A DNA stretch of 26,807 bases from an uncultured Methylophilaceae bacterium (GTDB lineage: Bacteria; Pseudomonadota; Gammaproteobacteria; Burkholderiales; Methylophilaceae), in assembly GCA_964022105.1 (NCBI GenBank), contig CAXIBZ010000001.1, positions 1-26,807 on the forward strand, given 5' to 3'. The notes beneath the pieces were generated by a model that was not told where the DNA came from, made no database searches, and was given only the letters and a program-made list of their open reading frames with translations. Made by a program: the position numbers and the translations under genes. The first letter of the stretch is position 1; every line of letters starts with the position of its first letter. This document shows positions 9,042 to 17,718 of the stretch, one piece after another.

Positions 9042-10288
9042 GGTAAAACTCCTACAGCTTGGTTATATCTGGCAATATTCCATTGATGTTGTATTTGCAC
9101 TGCACGGTATTTGCGCTCTGCATCAAAGGTTTGGCTTTTAATTCTAATTAGCGTAGCAAGGTCATGTTCGCCGAGCGCATAGGCTTTTTCTGCAAGCCGC
9201 AAACTTTCACTGGCTATTTCCCAATGCTGTTTTGCCAGCGTAAGCTCAAGCTCATTCACCTCTAGGTTATGTTCAGCTTCATGAAGCGCTGCCTCTAATA
9301 CTCTTTTGAGCTCATCACGCTCTGTAAGCGCCTGTCCCAAATTCATTTCTGAAGCGGCAGCAATCGGTGTTGTTCTTGCTGGTGTGGCAAAAGGAATACG
9401 AATGCTGAGACCCATGCTTTGGTTATACTGCGTGTCAAATGCACCTTGAGAATTTCTAGCGTTGATTAAAACTTGAATATTTTCTTTTTTTTCAATATTG
9501 GCAAGATTGCGCTGCTCTTCTGCATAATTAACCTTAGTTAGGATGGCGAGCCAAACAGGTGATTGTTCATAGTTATCCAACGAAGACTTTTCTTCAGAAA
9601 AATACTCAGGAATCTGGTTTAATCCTGTCACTAATTTATATCGGAATCGAGCGTGCATCAGCTCGGCTTGCGCCAGTAGTTTATTTTTAGAAGCTTCCAG
9701 CGTATCTTGCTGAGCGAGTAACCAATCTGTTTTGGCTGCTTCACCTGCTTGATAACTTTTACTTACCTTCTCTTCTAACGCTAATGCACTTTGATATTTA
9801 GCCTCAGTCAAGGCAAGCTCATTTTCATTGAATGCAACATCCCAAATAGCTTCTCTTAATAGACCGGCTGTTTGTATCGCTAGCGCGGATTGGCTTGCAT
9901 CTAAATTCAAAGCACTCAATTCAGCAACTTTCGCTCTTGCCTCACGCTGATTTGGCAACCATAGCGGCAATTCTAATGTCGCTTGATAATCACGCTCATT
10001 TCGGCTACTGCCCAGACGATCATTTTGATGAAAAATTGTAATAGCGGGCGCATCTGGCAGAAAACTATCTGCCAGTGCCTGCTTTGCAGATACCCCATAT
10101 TGCTGCGAATTTAGATTCGCTTGTTGTGGCTGACGCTTAATCGTTTCATTTAATACATCTTTTAAACTCAATGATGGATTAATGTGCAACACATCTTTGT
10201 GCACATCATCTTCCGCAGCTATGCCAATGCTTGCACTAAAAATGAAAGGTAATATCCAAATGCTAAATAGCAAGGATGAAAGTTTCAT
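9038..10288 (-). CDS. TolC/CzcC family outer-membrane efflux protein
   Basis: Signal peptide, two helical OEP-type halves, C-terminal YNQAVGVLP; SD AGGAG; ATGA overlap with the adaptor gene. Confidence 0.85.
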   Translation of the reverse strand: MKLSSLLFSIWILPFIFSASIGIAAEDDVHKDVLHINPSLSLKDVLNETIKRQPQQANLNSQQYGVSAKQALADSFLPDAPAITIFHQNDRLGSSRNERDYQATLELPLWLPNQREARAKVAELSALNLDASQSALAIQTAGLLREAIWDVAFNENELALTEAKYQSALALEEKVSKSYQAGEAAKTDWLLAQQDTLEASKNKLLAQAELMHARFRYKLVTGLNQIPEYFSEEKSSLDNYEQSPVWLAILTKVNYAEEQRNLANIEKKENIQVLINARNSQGAFDTQYNQSMGLSIRIPFATPARTTPIAAASEMNLGQALTERDELKRVLEAALHEAEHNLEVNELELTLAKQHWEIASESLRLAEKAYALGEHDLATLIRIKSQTFDAERKYRAVQIQHQWNIARYNQAVGVLP

Positions 10289-10294
10289 TGAACA

Positions 10295-10350
10295 CTCCTA
10301 AAAACTACAAAACAGATGCCAACGGCATCAATGAATGACTAGTTTTTAAG
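10295..10350 (-). promoter_or_regulatory. Predicted SD-sequestering hairpin (translational attenuator) between the uORF stop and the tolC-family start
   Basis: mRNA 5' arm CUUAAAAACUA (10350-10340, includes the UAA stop) pairs with 3' arm UAGUUUUUAGG (10307-10297, overlaps SD AGGAG). Inner stem GAUGCC-GUU-GGCAUC (10329-10315). Confidence 0.65.
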
Positions 10351-10768
10351 CGTGTGGTGGGGCGTGAGACAGCGGTCGCTGATAAGAAAATGCTTGTTTG
10401 TAATGAAAAGTTATTGCTGGACGAACAAACCATGTCGCAAAAACAAATGCAATCAAGCCAAACAAAATCGCACTAAAGCTAATTACATCTATTGCTTCTT
10501 GATTCAGGATTGCCTGGTCAACATTCACCATGGTTGAATCCAGACTACGGTCTACAAGATGTGTATGTGTATCCGCTTCGACCGCTACAGGCAGATACCT
10601 TGAAAGCGGATCAACATCTAGACTGTGTAAATGTAACACCTGAGAGCCGACACTCTCATGTGCCTGATCACCGTTGTAATGAACGTGTAGAAATGGCAAT
10701 AGCAGTTGCATGATGCCCAAACAGAGAATCAGTGCGAAAGTAAAGCGTTTTGTCCTAACGGAAATCAT
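10346..10768 (-). CDS. His-rich two-TM leader protein ending in HAPP; putative DUF2946/CutF/CruR/CzcI-like regulatory uORF
   Basis: 140 aa: hydrophobic 9-27, HxH at 28-30, 46-48 and 68-70, hydrophobic about 95-115, C-terminus RPLSHAPPHA; co-oriented 57 nt upstream of the tolC-family gene. Confidence 0.75.
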   Translation of the reverse strand: MISVRTKRFTFALILCLGIMQLLLPFLHVHYNGDQAHESVGSQVLHLHSLDVDPLSRYLPVAVEADTHTHLVDRSLDSTMVNVDQAILNQEAIDVISFSAILFGLIAFVFATWFVRPAITFHYKQAFSYQRPLSHAPPHA

Positions 10769-10774
10769 GCAATC

Positions 10775-10803
10775 AATTTACCAAATAAGCTTGCTTGATA
10801 CAA
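10775..10803 (-). promoter_or_regulatory. Putative sigma70 promoter of the efflux operon (leaderless start at the uORF ATG)
   Basis: Minus strand: TTGTAT (10803-10798), 17-nt spacer ending in TGG, TAAATT (10780-10775), 6 nt, ATG (10768). This is an extended -10 (TGn) geometry. Confidence 0.55.
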
Positions 10804-10829
10804 TGCAAATAAGCTATTAGATGTGCTTA

Positions 10830-10847
10830 TTACGTCAAATGACGTAA
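10830..10847. promoter_or_regulatory. Perfect palindrome, putative transcription-factor site between the divergent efflux operon and glyQ
   Basis: TTACGTCA-AA-TGACGTAA (8-2-8 inverted repeat). Confidence 0.5.
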
Positions 10848-10958
10848 AAGATTAACTGTTGCAATAAAGCATCTATCGTGTAAACAGTTGCTTAAGTTAG
10901 TCTTCACAATGGATTCTCATGTAAAATCTGTCTTTTTAGTTCATTTGCATTCACAACA

Positions 10959-11903
10959 ATGGCATTAACCTTCCAACAAATCATTTTAAACTTACAATCT
11001 TATTGGGATAAACAAGGCTGCACATTACTGCAACCATACGACATGGAAGTTGGCGCGGGCACCAGCCACACCGCTACTTTTTTACGTGCCCTTGGTCCTG
11101 AGCCATGGAAAGCGGCCTATGTCCAGCCTAGTCGACGCCCTAGCGATGGCCGCTATGGTGAAAACCCAAATCGCTTACAACACTATTACCAGTTTCAAGT
11201 CGTATTAAAGCCAGCACCTTCCAATATTATGGATTTGTATTTAGGTTCACTTGAAGCGTTAGGTTTTGACCTCAAACAAAACGATGTCCGTTTTGTAGAA
11301 GATGATTGGGAGAATCCTACACTTGGCGCCTGGGGTTTAGGTTGGGAAGTTTGGCTAAATGGGATGGAAGTTACTCAGTTCACTTATTTTCAACAAGTGG
11401 GTGGCATTAACTGCAAACCTATTACTGGTGAAATCACATATGGTTTAGAGCGGTTGGCGATGTATTTGCAAGGTGTGGAGAATGTGTATGATTTGGAATA
11501 CTCCCCAGGCGTAAAATATGGTGACGTGTTCTTACAAAATGAAAAAGAACAATCAGCATACAATTTTGAACATTCAGATATTGAATTTTTGCTAACCGCA
11601 TTTAACGCGCACGAAAAACAAGCGCAACTCTTAATGAACGAAAAGCTTGCACTGCCTGCTTATGAGCAGGTACTTAAAGCAGCACACACATTCAATCTGC
11701 TCGATGCGCGTGGTGCTATTTCGTTCACCCAGCGTGCAGCTTATATTTGTCGTATTCGTAACTTAGCGCGTAGTGTTGCAGCGAGTTATCTTGATAGTCG
11801 TGCCCGCTTAGGCTTCCCTATGGCACCAAAAGATTGGGCTGAGGAAGTCCTTGTACAGTTACAACAGCAACAAGAAAAGAACAGTAAAAAGGCAGCAGCA
11901 TGA
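10959..11903 (+). CDS. glyQ: Glycine--tRNA ligase alpha subunit
   Basis: [77 protein letters not shown]. Confidence 0.98.
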   Translation: MALTFQQIILNLQSYWDKQGCTLLQPYDMEVGAGTSHTATFLRALGPEPWKAAYVQPSRRPSDGRYGENPNRLQHYYQFQVVLKPAPSNIMDLYLGSLEALGFDLKQNDVRFVEDDWENPTLGAWGLGWEVWLNGMEVTQFTYFQQVGGINCKPITGEITYGLERLAMYLQGVENVYDLEYSPGVKYGDVFLQNEKEQSAYNFEHSDIEFLLTAFNAHEKQAQLLMNEKLALPAYEQVLKAAHTFNLLDARGAISFTQRAAYICRIRNLARSVAASYLDSRARLGFPMAPKDWAEEVLVQLQQQQEKNSKKAAA

Positions 11904-13993
11904 GTAATTTATTAGTCGAACTATTTGTAGAAGAACTGCCACCGAAGGCATTAAAAACATTAGATATAGCATTTGCTCAAGTACTGGCTGAATCATTGCA
12001 ATCGCAAGGTTTAAGCAACGCAAACAGTGTTTTAACACATTATGCGACCCCTCGTCGTCTAGCTGTACATTTAACAAACGTAATGTCAAAAGCAGCTGAT
12101 GAAGAAGTCGCGCAAAAACTCATGCCAGTAAAAGTTGGTTTAGATGCACAAGGTAATGCAACGCCGGCATTAATGAAGCGATTAGATGGAATGGGACTAG
12201 ATGCATCTGCGGTAAGCAAGCTGCGTAAAGAAAACGATGGCAAAACAGATAATCTGTTTATCGACATGATTAAAACAGGCGTCACACTGAATGAAGGGCT
12301 GCAAAGAGCAATCGAAGAAGCATTATCTAAACTGCCGATTCCAAAAGTGATGACTTATCAGATCAATGATGGCTGGGAAACCGTGAATTTTGTCCGCCCA
12401 GCACATGGGTTAATTGCCTTACATGGTGAAACTATTATCCCAATAAGCGTTTTGGGTTTAACTGCTGGCAACACTACTGTTGGGCATCGTTTTGAATCAC
12501 ATAAAGAGATCATCACGATAAGCAGTGCGGATACTTATGCCGAGCAACTGCGCGCAGAAGGTGCTGTCATTGCCAATTTTAATGAGCGCAAAGAAAATAT
12601 TGCAGCACAACTCAAAGCGGCAGCAAATAAAGAAGGTTTGACTGCAATTAAAGATGATGATTTGCTGGATGAAGTGACTGCATTAGTCGAGTTGCCGAAC
12701 GTGTTGGTAGGACAATTTGAAACGGCATTTTTAGAAGTGCCGCAAGAATGCTTAGTACTGACCATGAAGGCAAATCAAAAATACTTTCCACTGCTAGACA
12801 GTCATGGCAAGCTTTCTAATAAGTTTTTAATTGTCTCTAACATTAACCCGAAGGACCCAAGTGCAGTCGTTGGCGGTAATGAGCGTGTGGTGCGACCTCG
12901 CTTAGCAGATGCTAAATTCTTTTTTGACCAAGACCGCAAAAAAACACTAGAAAGCCGAATTGAAAGTCTGAATAAGGTTGTATACCACAACAAGCTGGGC
13001 TCACAAGGTGAGCGCAATAGTCGTGTTGCTAAACTAGCAGGTGAGATCGCTGAGCAACTTGGTGGCACAGCACTCACTACAAAAGCAGTATTAGCGGCAC
13101 GCTTATCCAAAGCAGACTTAGTGACAGACATGGTGGGTGAATTCCCCGAACTACAAGGCATTATGGGACGGTATTATGCGCAACATGAAGGGATTGATGA
13201 TGAAGTCACCTTCGCCATCGAAGATCACTATAAACCACGCTTTGCTGGTGATGAACTGCCTCGCAACGCAGTTGGCATTTGTGTAGCATTAGCGGATAAG
13301 TTGGAAACGCTCGTAGGCTTGTTTAGCATTGGAGAAAAACCAACTGGTGATAAAGACCCATTTGCATTACGCAGACAAGCGCTTGGTATAATCCGCATGC
13401 TGATTGATGCAAAGTTGCCATTAAAATTTGATATCTTAATCCAACTTGCCCTCTCACAATTTACTGCAGATAAAGACACTTTGAATGCTATCAAATCATT
13501 TTGTTATGACCGCTTAAGTGTCAGCATGCGCGACCAAGGCGCAAGCGCACAAGAAGTAGAAGCTGTTCTCTCGGTTATGCCAGATTTATTAAGTGAAGTT
13601 CCTCAACGTTTGGCTGCTGTACAAACATTTGCAACACTCCCAGAAGCACCAGCACTTGCTGCGGCGAACAAACGTGTTGGTAATATTTTGCGTAAAGTGG
13701 AAGGTGAGATTATATCTAAAGTCGATAGCAACTTACTGAAAGAACCGCAAGAAATTGGATTGGCAGAAGCACTGGCTAAGACCAAACCAGAAGCCGACAA
13801 GCTATTTGAAACTGGTGACTATACAGCCTCATTACAAACACTTGCCGTGCTTAAACTGCCTGTTGATGCTTTTTTTGATAATGTAATGGTGAATGCAGAA
13901 GATCCTGCACTAAAAGCTAACCGTTTAGGTTTACTCGCAACGCTACACCAGACGATGAATCGCGTCGCAGATTTATCTAAACTAGCTAGTTAG
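11900..13993 (+). CDS. glyS: Glycine--tRNA ligase beta subunit
   Basis: [62 protein letters not shown]-terminal DALR-type region; ATGA overlap with glyQ. Confidence 0.97.
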   Translation: MSNLLVELFVEELPPKALKTLDIAFAQVLAESLQSQGLSNANSVLTHYATPRRLAVHLTNVMSKAADEEVAQKLMPVKVGLDAQGNATPALMKRLDGMGLDASAVSKLRKENDGKTDNLFIDMIKTGVTLNEGLQRAIEEALSKLPIPKVMTYQINDGWETVNFVRPAHGLIALHGETIIPISVLGLTAGNTTVGHRFESHKEIITISSADTYAEQLRAEGAVIANFNERKENIAAQLKAAANKEGLTAIKDDDLLDEVTALVELPNVLVGQFETAFLEVPQECLVLTMKANQKYFPLLDSHGKLSNKFLIVSNINPKDPSAVVGGNERVVRPRLADAKFFFDQDRKKTLESRIESLNKVVYHNKLGSQGERNSRVAKLAGEIAEQLGGTALTTKAVLAARLSKADLVTDMVGEFPELQGIMGRYYAQHEGIDDEVTFAIEDHYKPRFAGDELPRNAVGICVALADKLETLVGLFSIGEKPTGDKDPFALRRQALGIIRMLIDAKLPLKFDILIQLALSQFTADKDTLNAIKSFCYDRLSVSMRDQGASAQEVEAVLSVMPDLLSEVPQRLAAVQTFATLPEAPALAAANKRVGNILRKVEGEIISKVDSNLLKEPQEIGLAEALAKTKPEADKLFETGDYTASLQTLAVLKLPVDAFFDNVMVNAEDPALKANRLGLLATLHQTMNRVADLSKLAS

Positions 13994-14011
13994 GACTACA
14001 TAGGCTAATTG

Positions 14012-14551
14012 ATGAAGCTGGTTATTCTTGATAGAGATGGTGTGATTAATAAAGAGAGCGATCTCTTTATTAAAACACCAGATGAGTGGATTCCAATTCC
14101 TGGTAGTTTAGAAGCCATTGCATTGTTAAACCAGCATGGTTTTCATGTTGTAGTGGCTACGAATCAATCTGGCATTGCGCGTGGTTTATTTGATATGGTC
14201 ACGCTAAATGCCATTCATGACAAAATGCAACATGCTGTGGCTCAGGTTGGCGGCCATATTGACGCTATTTTTTATTGCCCCCATGCCGCCAGTGACAATT
14301 GCGAATGCAGAAAACCCAAGAGCAATATGATTACTGATATTGGTCACCGCTTTGCAGTTGATTTAAAAAAAGTACCTGCCATAGGAGATGCAATGCGTGA
14401 CTTGCAGGCATTTGCAAAAGCAGGATGCCAACCCATGTTAGTTAAAACTGGAAAAGGGAAAGAAACCCTAGCGAAAGGTAACTTACCTGAGAACACACTC
14501 ATCTTTAACAATTTGGCTGATGCTGCTCATTATATTGTCAAAAAACATTAA
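14012..14551 (+). CDS. gmhB: D-glycero-beta-D-manno-heptose 1,7-bisphosphate 7-phosphatase (ATG at 14012 preferred over TTG at 14009)
   Basis: HAD motif LDRDGVIN, TNQSG, zinc site CPH...CECRKPK, IGD; glyS-gmhB-plsC synteny. Confidence 0.93.
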   Translation: MKLVILDRDGVINKESDLFIKTPDEWIPIPGSLEAIALLNQHGFHVVVATNQSGIARGLFDMVTLNAIHDKMQHAVAQVGGHIDAIFYCPHAASDNCECRKPKSNMITDIGHRFAVDLKKVPAIGDAMRDLQAFAKAGCQPMLVKTGKGKETLAKGNLPENTLIFNNLADAAHYIVKKH

Positions 14552-14563
14552 CCGCTGTTTGAT

Positions 14564-15271
14564 ATGATTTATTTACGCTCATTTATCTATAATCTTGGCA
14601 TGTGGATTTTTACCATCCCCTTCACCACTATCGGCTTACTGACTTTTCCGCTAGCGCCAATGCAACGCTACCGCTTTCTGAGTCAATGGGCGCGCTGCAT
14701 GCTATGGTGGTTGCGCATCAGCTGTGGTTTAAGCTTTACTGTTAAAGGTCGCGAAAATATTCCAGATAGTCCAAGCATTATTCTTTGTAAACATCAATCG
14801 GCTTGGGAAACGTTAGCGCTGCAACTCATTTTTCCCCCACAAGTATGGGTACTCAAACGCTCACTGTTATTGATTCCTTTCTTTGGTTGGGCACTGGCAC
14901 TCACATCACCCATTGCAATTAATCGATCTGCTGGACGTGAAGCGCTGAAACAACTGGTTCTTCTTGGCAAAGAACGCTTGGCCAAACAGTTTTGGGTCGT
15001 CATTTTTCCCGAAGGCACTCGCACTTCGCCAGGCGAACGTGGCAAATATCATATTGGCGGTGCCTGGCTGGCCACACATACAAAAACGCAAGTGGTGCCT
15101 GTCGCGCATAATGCTGGGGAGTTTTGGCGTAAAAATTCCTTTCTAAAATACCCGGGCGTCATTCAAGTTAGCATTGGTAAACCAATGCAAACTGATGGTG
15201 TAAAGGCTGATGTGCTAAACCAGCAAGTTGAGAACTGGATAGAAGCCGAAATGAACACTTTCACTCCATAA
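14564..15271 (+). CDS. plsC: 1-acyl-sn-glycerol-3-phosphate acyltransferase
   Basis: KHQSAWET (H-x4-acidic) and IFPEGTR acyltransferase motifs. Confidence 0.88.
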   Translation: MIYLRSFIYNLGMWIFTIPFTTIGLLTFPLAPMQRYRFLSQWARCMLWWLRISCGLSFTVKGRENIPDSPSIILCKHQSAWETLALQLIFPPQVWVLKRSLLLIPFFGWALALTSPIAINRSAGREALKQLVLLGKERLAKQFWVVIFPEGTRTSPGERGKYHIGGAWLATHTKTQVVPVAHNAGEFWRKNSFLKYPGVIQVSIGKPMQTDGVKADVLNQQVENWIEAEMNTFTP

Positions 15272-15279
15272 GCCGCATC

Positions 15280-15990
15280 ATGGTGCAAAAATCTATTCAG
15301 CTTAATAATGGTGAGACGATTCCATATCAATTGGAGCGCAGACCACGCCGCACGATTGGGCTCAAAATCACTGAAGCAGGTTTAGTCGTTCATGCGCCCA
15401 AATATATTTTAGAGTTTCAATTAAAAAAGCTGATTCAGGATAAATCTAACTGGATAATTAACAAACTAGAAGCAAGAAAGAAATATGCAGTACCAGCTTT
15501 GTCTTGGCAGCATGGTGAGACACTGCAATTACTGGGCAATACGATATCTTTAGACGTAGTCTTTAATAGTAAAAACAAGAAACTTGTGTTTGAGCAAAAC
15601 CGCTTAACCATTGCGTCACCTGATGCTAAAAACCCTGCCGTTATCCAACATAAAGTGACGCATTGGTATAAAAAACAGGCGCTAACAGACTTTACTCGGC
15701 GCTTGGAATTATTGGCTACAAAATTAGGTGTACCGACCCCGCCACTTAAATTATCCAATGCTCAATCTCGCTGGGGCAGTTGTAGCAGTCATGGTGATAT
15801 TCGCTTGAATTGGCGGCTTCTACAAGCGCCACCCCATATCATTAATTATGTGATTTGCCATGAGCTTGCGCATTTAAAAGAGATGAATCACTCCGCACGA
15901 TTTTGGGCTGTTGTTGGTAGCATTTATCCAGATTATAAAAATGCGGAAAAAGAATTAAAGCAAATCAGCCATCAGTTACATCGCATGTGA
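15280..15990 (+). CDS. YgjP/DUF45-like zinc metallopeptidase/hydrolase (often annotated M48/SprT family)
   Basis: RWGSCS, LNWRL, YVICHELAHLKEMNHSARFW (HExxH). Confidence 0.88.
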   Translation: MVQKSIQLNNGETIPYQLERRPRRTIGLKITEAGLVVHAPKYILEFQLKKLIQDKSNWIINKLEARKKYAVPALSWQHGETLQLLGNTISLDVVFNSKNKKLVFEQNRLTIASPDAKNPAVIQHKVTHWYKKQALTDFTRRLELLATKLGVPTPPLKLSNAQSRWGSCSSHGDIRLNWRLLQAPPHIINYVICHELAHLKEMNHSARFWAVVGSIYPDYKNAEKELKQISHQLHRM

Positions 15991-16001
15991 GCGAATGGCT
16001 T

Positions 16002-16031
16002 AAAACAAAAAAGGGAGCGATGGCCCCCTCT
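16002..16031 (-). terminator. Intrinsic terminator downstream of the SCO gene
   Basis: Minus-strand RNA AGAGGGGGC-CAUC-GCUCCCUUU followed by UUUGUUUU. Confidence 0.7.
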
Positions 16032-16047
16032 AAATCTAAGATTGGTA

Positions 16048-16650
16048 TTACATCAGTTTTTTTAAATCACTGGCGATCTCTTCAGGTTTTTGACCATAAC
16101 CCAAATAAAGTCTGACCTTACCCGTTTTATCAAACGCATACATACCCGCGCTGTGATCAATACTATAGTCAGTTGGCGATTTGCCTGGTGTCTCGAGATA
16201 ATAAATCTTGAAGTTACCTAAAGTTTCCGCTGTTTCTTGTAAGCTACCCCTTAGGCCAAGGAATCGCTTATCAAATGATGGGACAAACTGCGCAAGCACC
16301 TCTTGCGTGTCGCGCTTAGGGTCAACTGTGACAAATAGCACCTGCACTTCATCCGCTTTATCGCCTAGTATTTTCATCGTATTTTTTAGCTCTAGCATAG
16401 TCGTTGGACAGACATCCGGGCAATGGGTAAATCCAAAAAATAGTACAACCACCTTCCCTTTAAAATCACTCATAGTACGCAACTGACCATTGTGATCTGT
16501 TAGCTTTAATGGTTTGGGAAAGTCAGCTCCCGTGATATCCGTCCCGACAAAACCACCAGAACTCGCAGCACCCTCTCCTGGTGCAGCATTACATGCACTC
16601 AGAAAAGCAAAGCAAATCAGCAAAAAAATGCTTCGTACAAGCTTAAACAT
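16048..16650 (-). CDS. SCO1/SenC family copper chaperone, predicted lipoprotein
   Basis: Lipobox FLSA-C; FFGFTHCPDVCP (CxxxC); VTVDPKRD; IDHSA (copper-ligand His). Confidence 0.92.
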   Translation of the reverse strand: MFKLVRSIFLLICFAFLSACNAAPGEGAASSGGFVGTDITGADFPKPLKLTDHNGQLRTMSDFKGKVVVLFFGFTHCPDVCPTTMLELKNTMKILGDKADEVQVLFVTVDPKRDTQEVLAQFVPSFDKRFLGLRGSLQETAETLGNFKIYYLETPGKSPTDYSIDHSAGMYAFDKTGKVRLYLGYGQKPEEIASDLKKLM

Positions 16651-16752
16651 AGAATAACCTCAATAAAAACAGAATTTAATTTTAACATGCTGAGAAAATT
16701 ATAACCTTTAGTTTACAATAATGGTTTTGATATTATCTAAGGCAATAACATA

Positions 16753-17685
16753 ATGGCAATACCAAGCTCAATGGCAGACCGTGACGGTTTTATTTGGTAC
16801 GACGGTGAATTAGTAAACTGGCGCGACGCCACAACGCATGTGCTAACACACACACTTCATTACGGCATGGGTGTTTTTGAAGGGGTGCGCGCTTACAAAA
16901 CAGATAAGGGCACAGCAATTTTCCGCTTACAGGATCATACGGATAGACTGTTCCGTAGTGCGCACATCTTAGGCATGAAAATGCCATTTGATAAAGCAAC
17001 GATTTCAGAAGCGCAAAAAACAGCAGTACGTGAAAATAATCTTGAATCTGCCTATATCCGTCCAATGGCGTTTTACGGTGCTGAGGCAATGGGTATTTCT
17101 GCCACAACATTGTCTACACATGTTATCTGTGCTGCTTGGAGCTGGGGTGCTTACATGGGTGATGAAGCAATCACCAAAGGTATTCGTGTGAAGACATCTT
17201 CTTTTTCACGCCACCATGTCAACATCACCATGTGTAAGGCCAAAGCTAATGGCAACTACATGAACAGCATTCTTGCCCACCAAGAAGCCATCCATGATGG
17301 CTATCATGAAGCATTATTATTGGACGTTGATGGTTTTGTTGCTGAAGGTTCTGGCGAGAATATTTTTATTGTTCGCCGTGGCAAACTTTACACACCAGAT
17401 TTAACCAGCGCGCTAGAAGGTATTACACGTGACACCATCGTGCAATTAGCAGGTGAAATTGGATTAGAAGTGGTAGAGAAACGCATTACCCGTGATGAAG
17501 TTTATAGTGCAGATGAAGCCTTCTTTACTGGCACCGCTGCTGAAGTTACACCTATCCGTGAACTTGACAACCGCGCTATTGGTAACGGCACGCGTGGTCC
17601 TGTGACGGAAAAATTACAGAGCCTTTATTTTGATGTAGTGAAAGGCAAATCTGCCAAGCATGCGGACTGGCTAACACTGGTTTAA
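16753..17685 (+). CDS. ilvE: Branched-chain amino acid aminotransferase
   Basis: LHYGMGVFEGVRAY, KAKANGNY (PLP Lys), EGSGENIF, LEGITR, GTAAEVTP. Confidence 0.97.
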   Translation: MAIPSSMADRDGFIWYDGELVNWRDATTHVLTHTLHYGMGVFEGVRAYKTDKGTAIFRLQDHTDRLFRSAHILGMKMPFDKATISEAQKTAVRENNLESAYIRPMAFYGAEAMGISATTLSTHVICAAWSWGAYMGDEAITKGIRVKTSSFSRHHVNITMCKAKANGNYMNSILAHQEAIHDGYHEALLLDVDGFVAEGSGENIFIVRRGKLYTPDLTSALEGITRDTIVQLAGEIGLEVVEKRITRDEVYSADEAFFTGTAAEVTPIRELDNRAIGNGTRGPVTEKLQSLYFDVVKGKSAKHADWLTLV

Positions 17686-17718
17686 ATCCACACAATCATT
17701 AAGCAGGAAAGATTGAAT

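Noticed and set aside
10352-10713. Plus-strand ORFs 10352-10537 and 10492-10713 as alternatives to the uORF
   Set aside because: The minus-strand ORF has coherent TM, HxH and APP architecture, a promoter and operon orientation; these ORFs have none.
10782-10815. 10-bp direct repeat CAAATAAGCT twice, 24 bp apart, in the efflux promoter
   Set aside because: There are only two AT-rich copies and the spacing is off-phase for typical tandem response-regulator sites. It may merit a look if footprinting is done.
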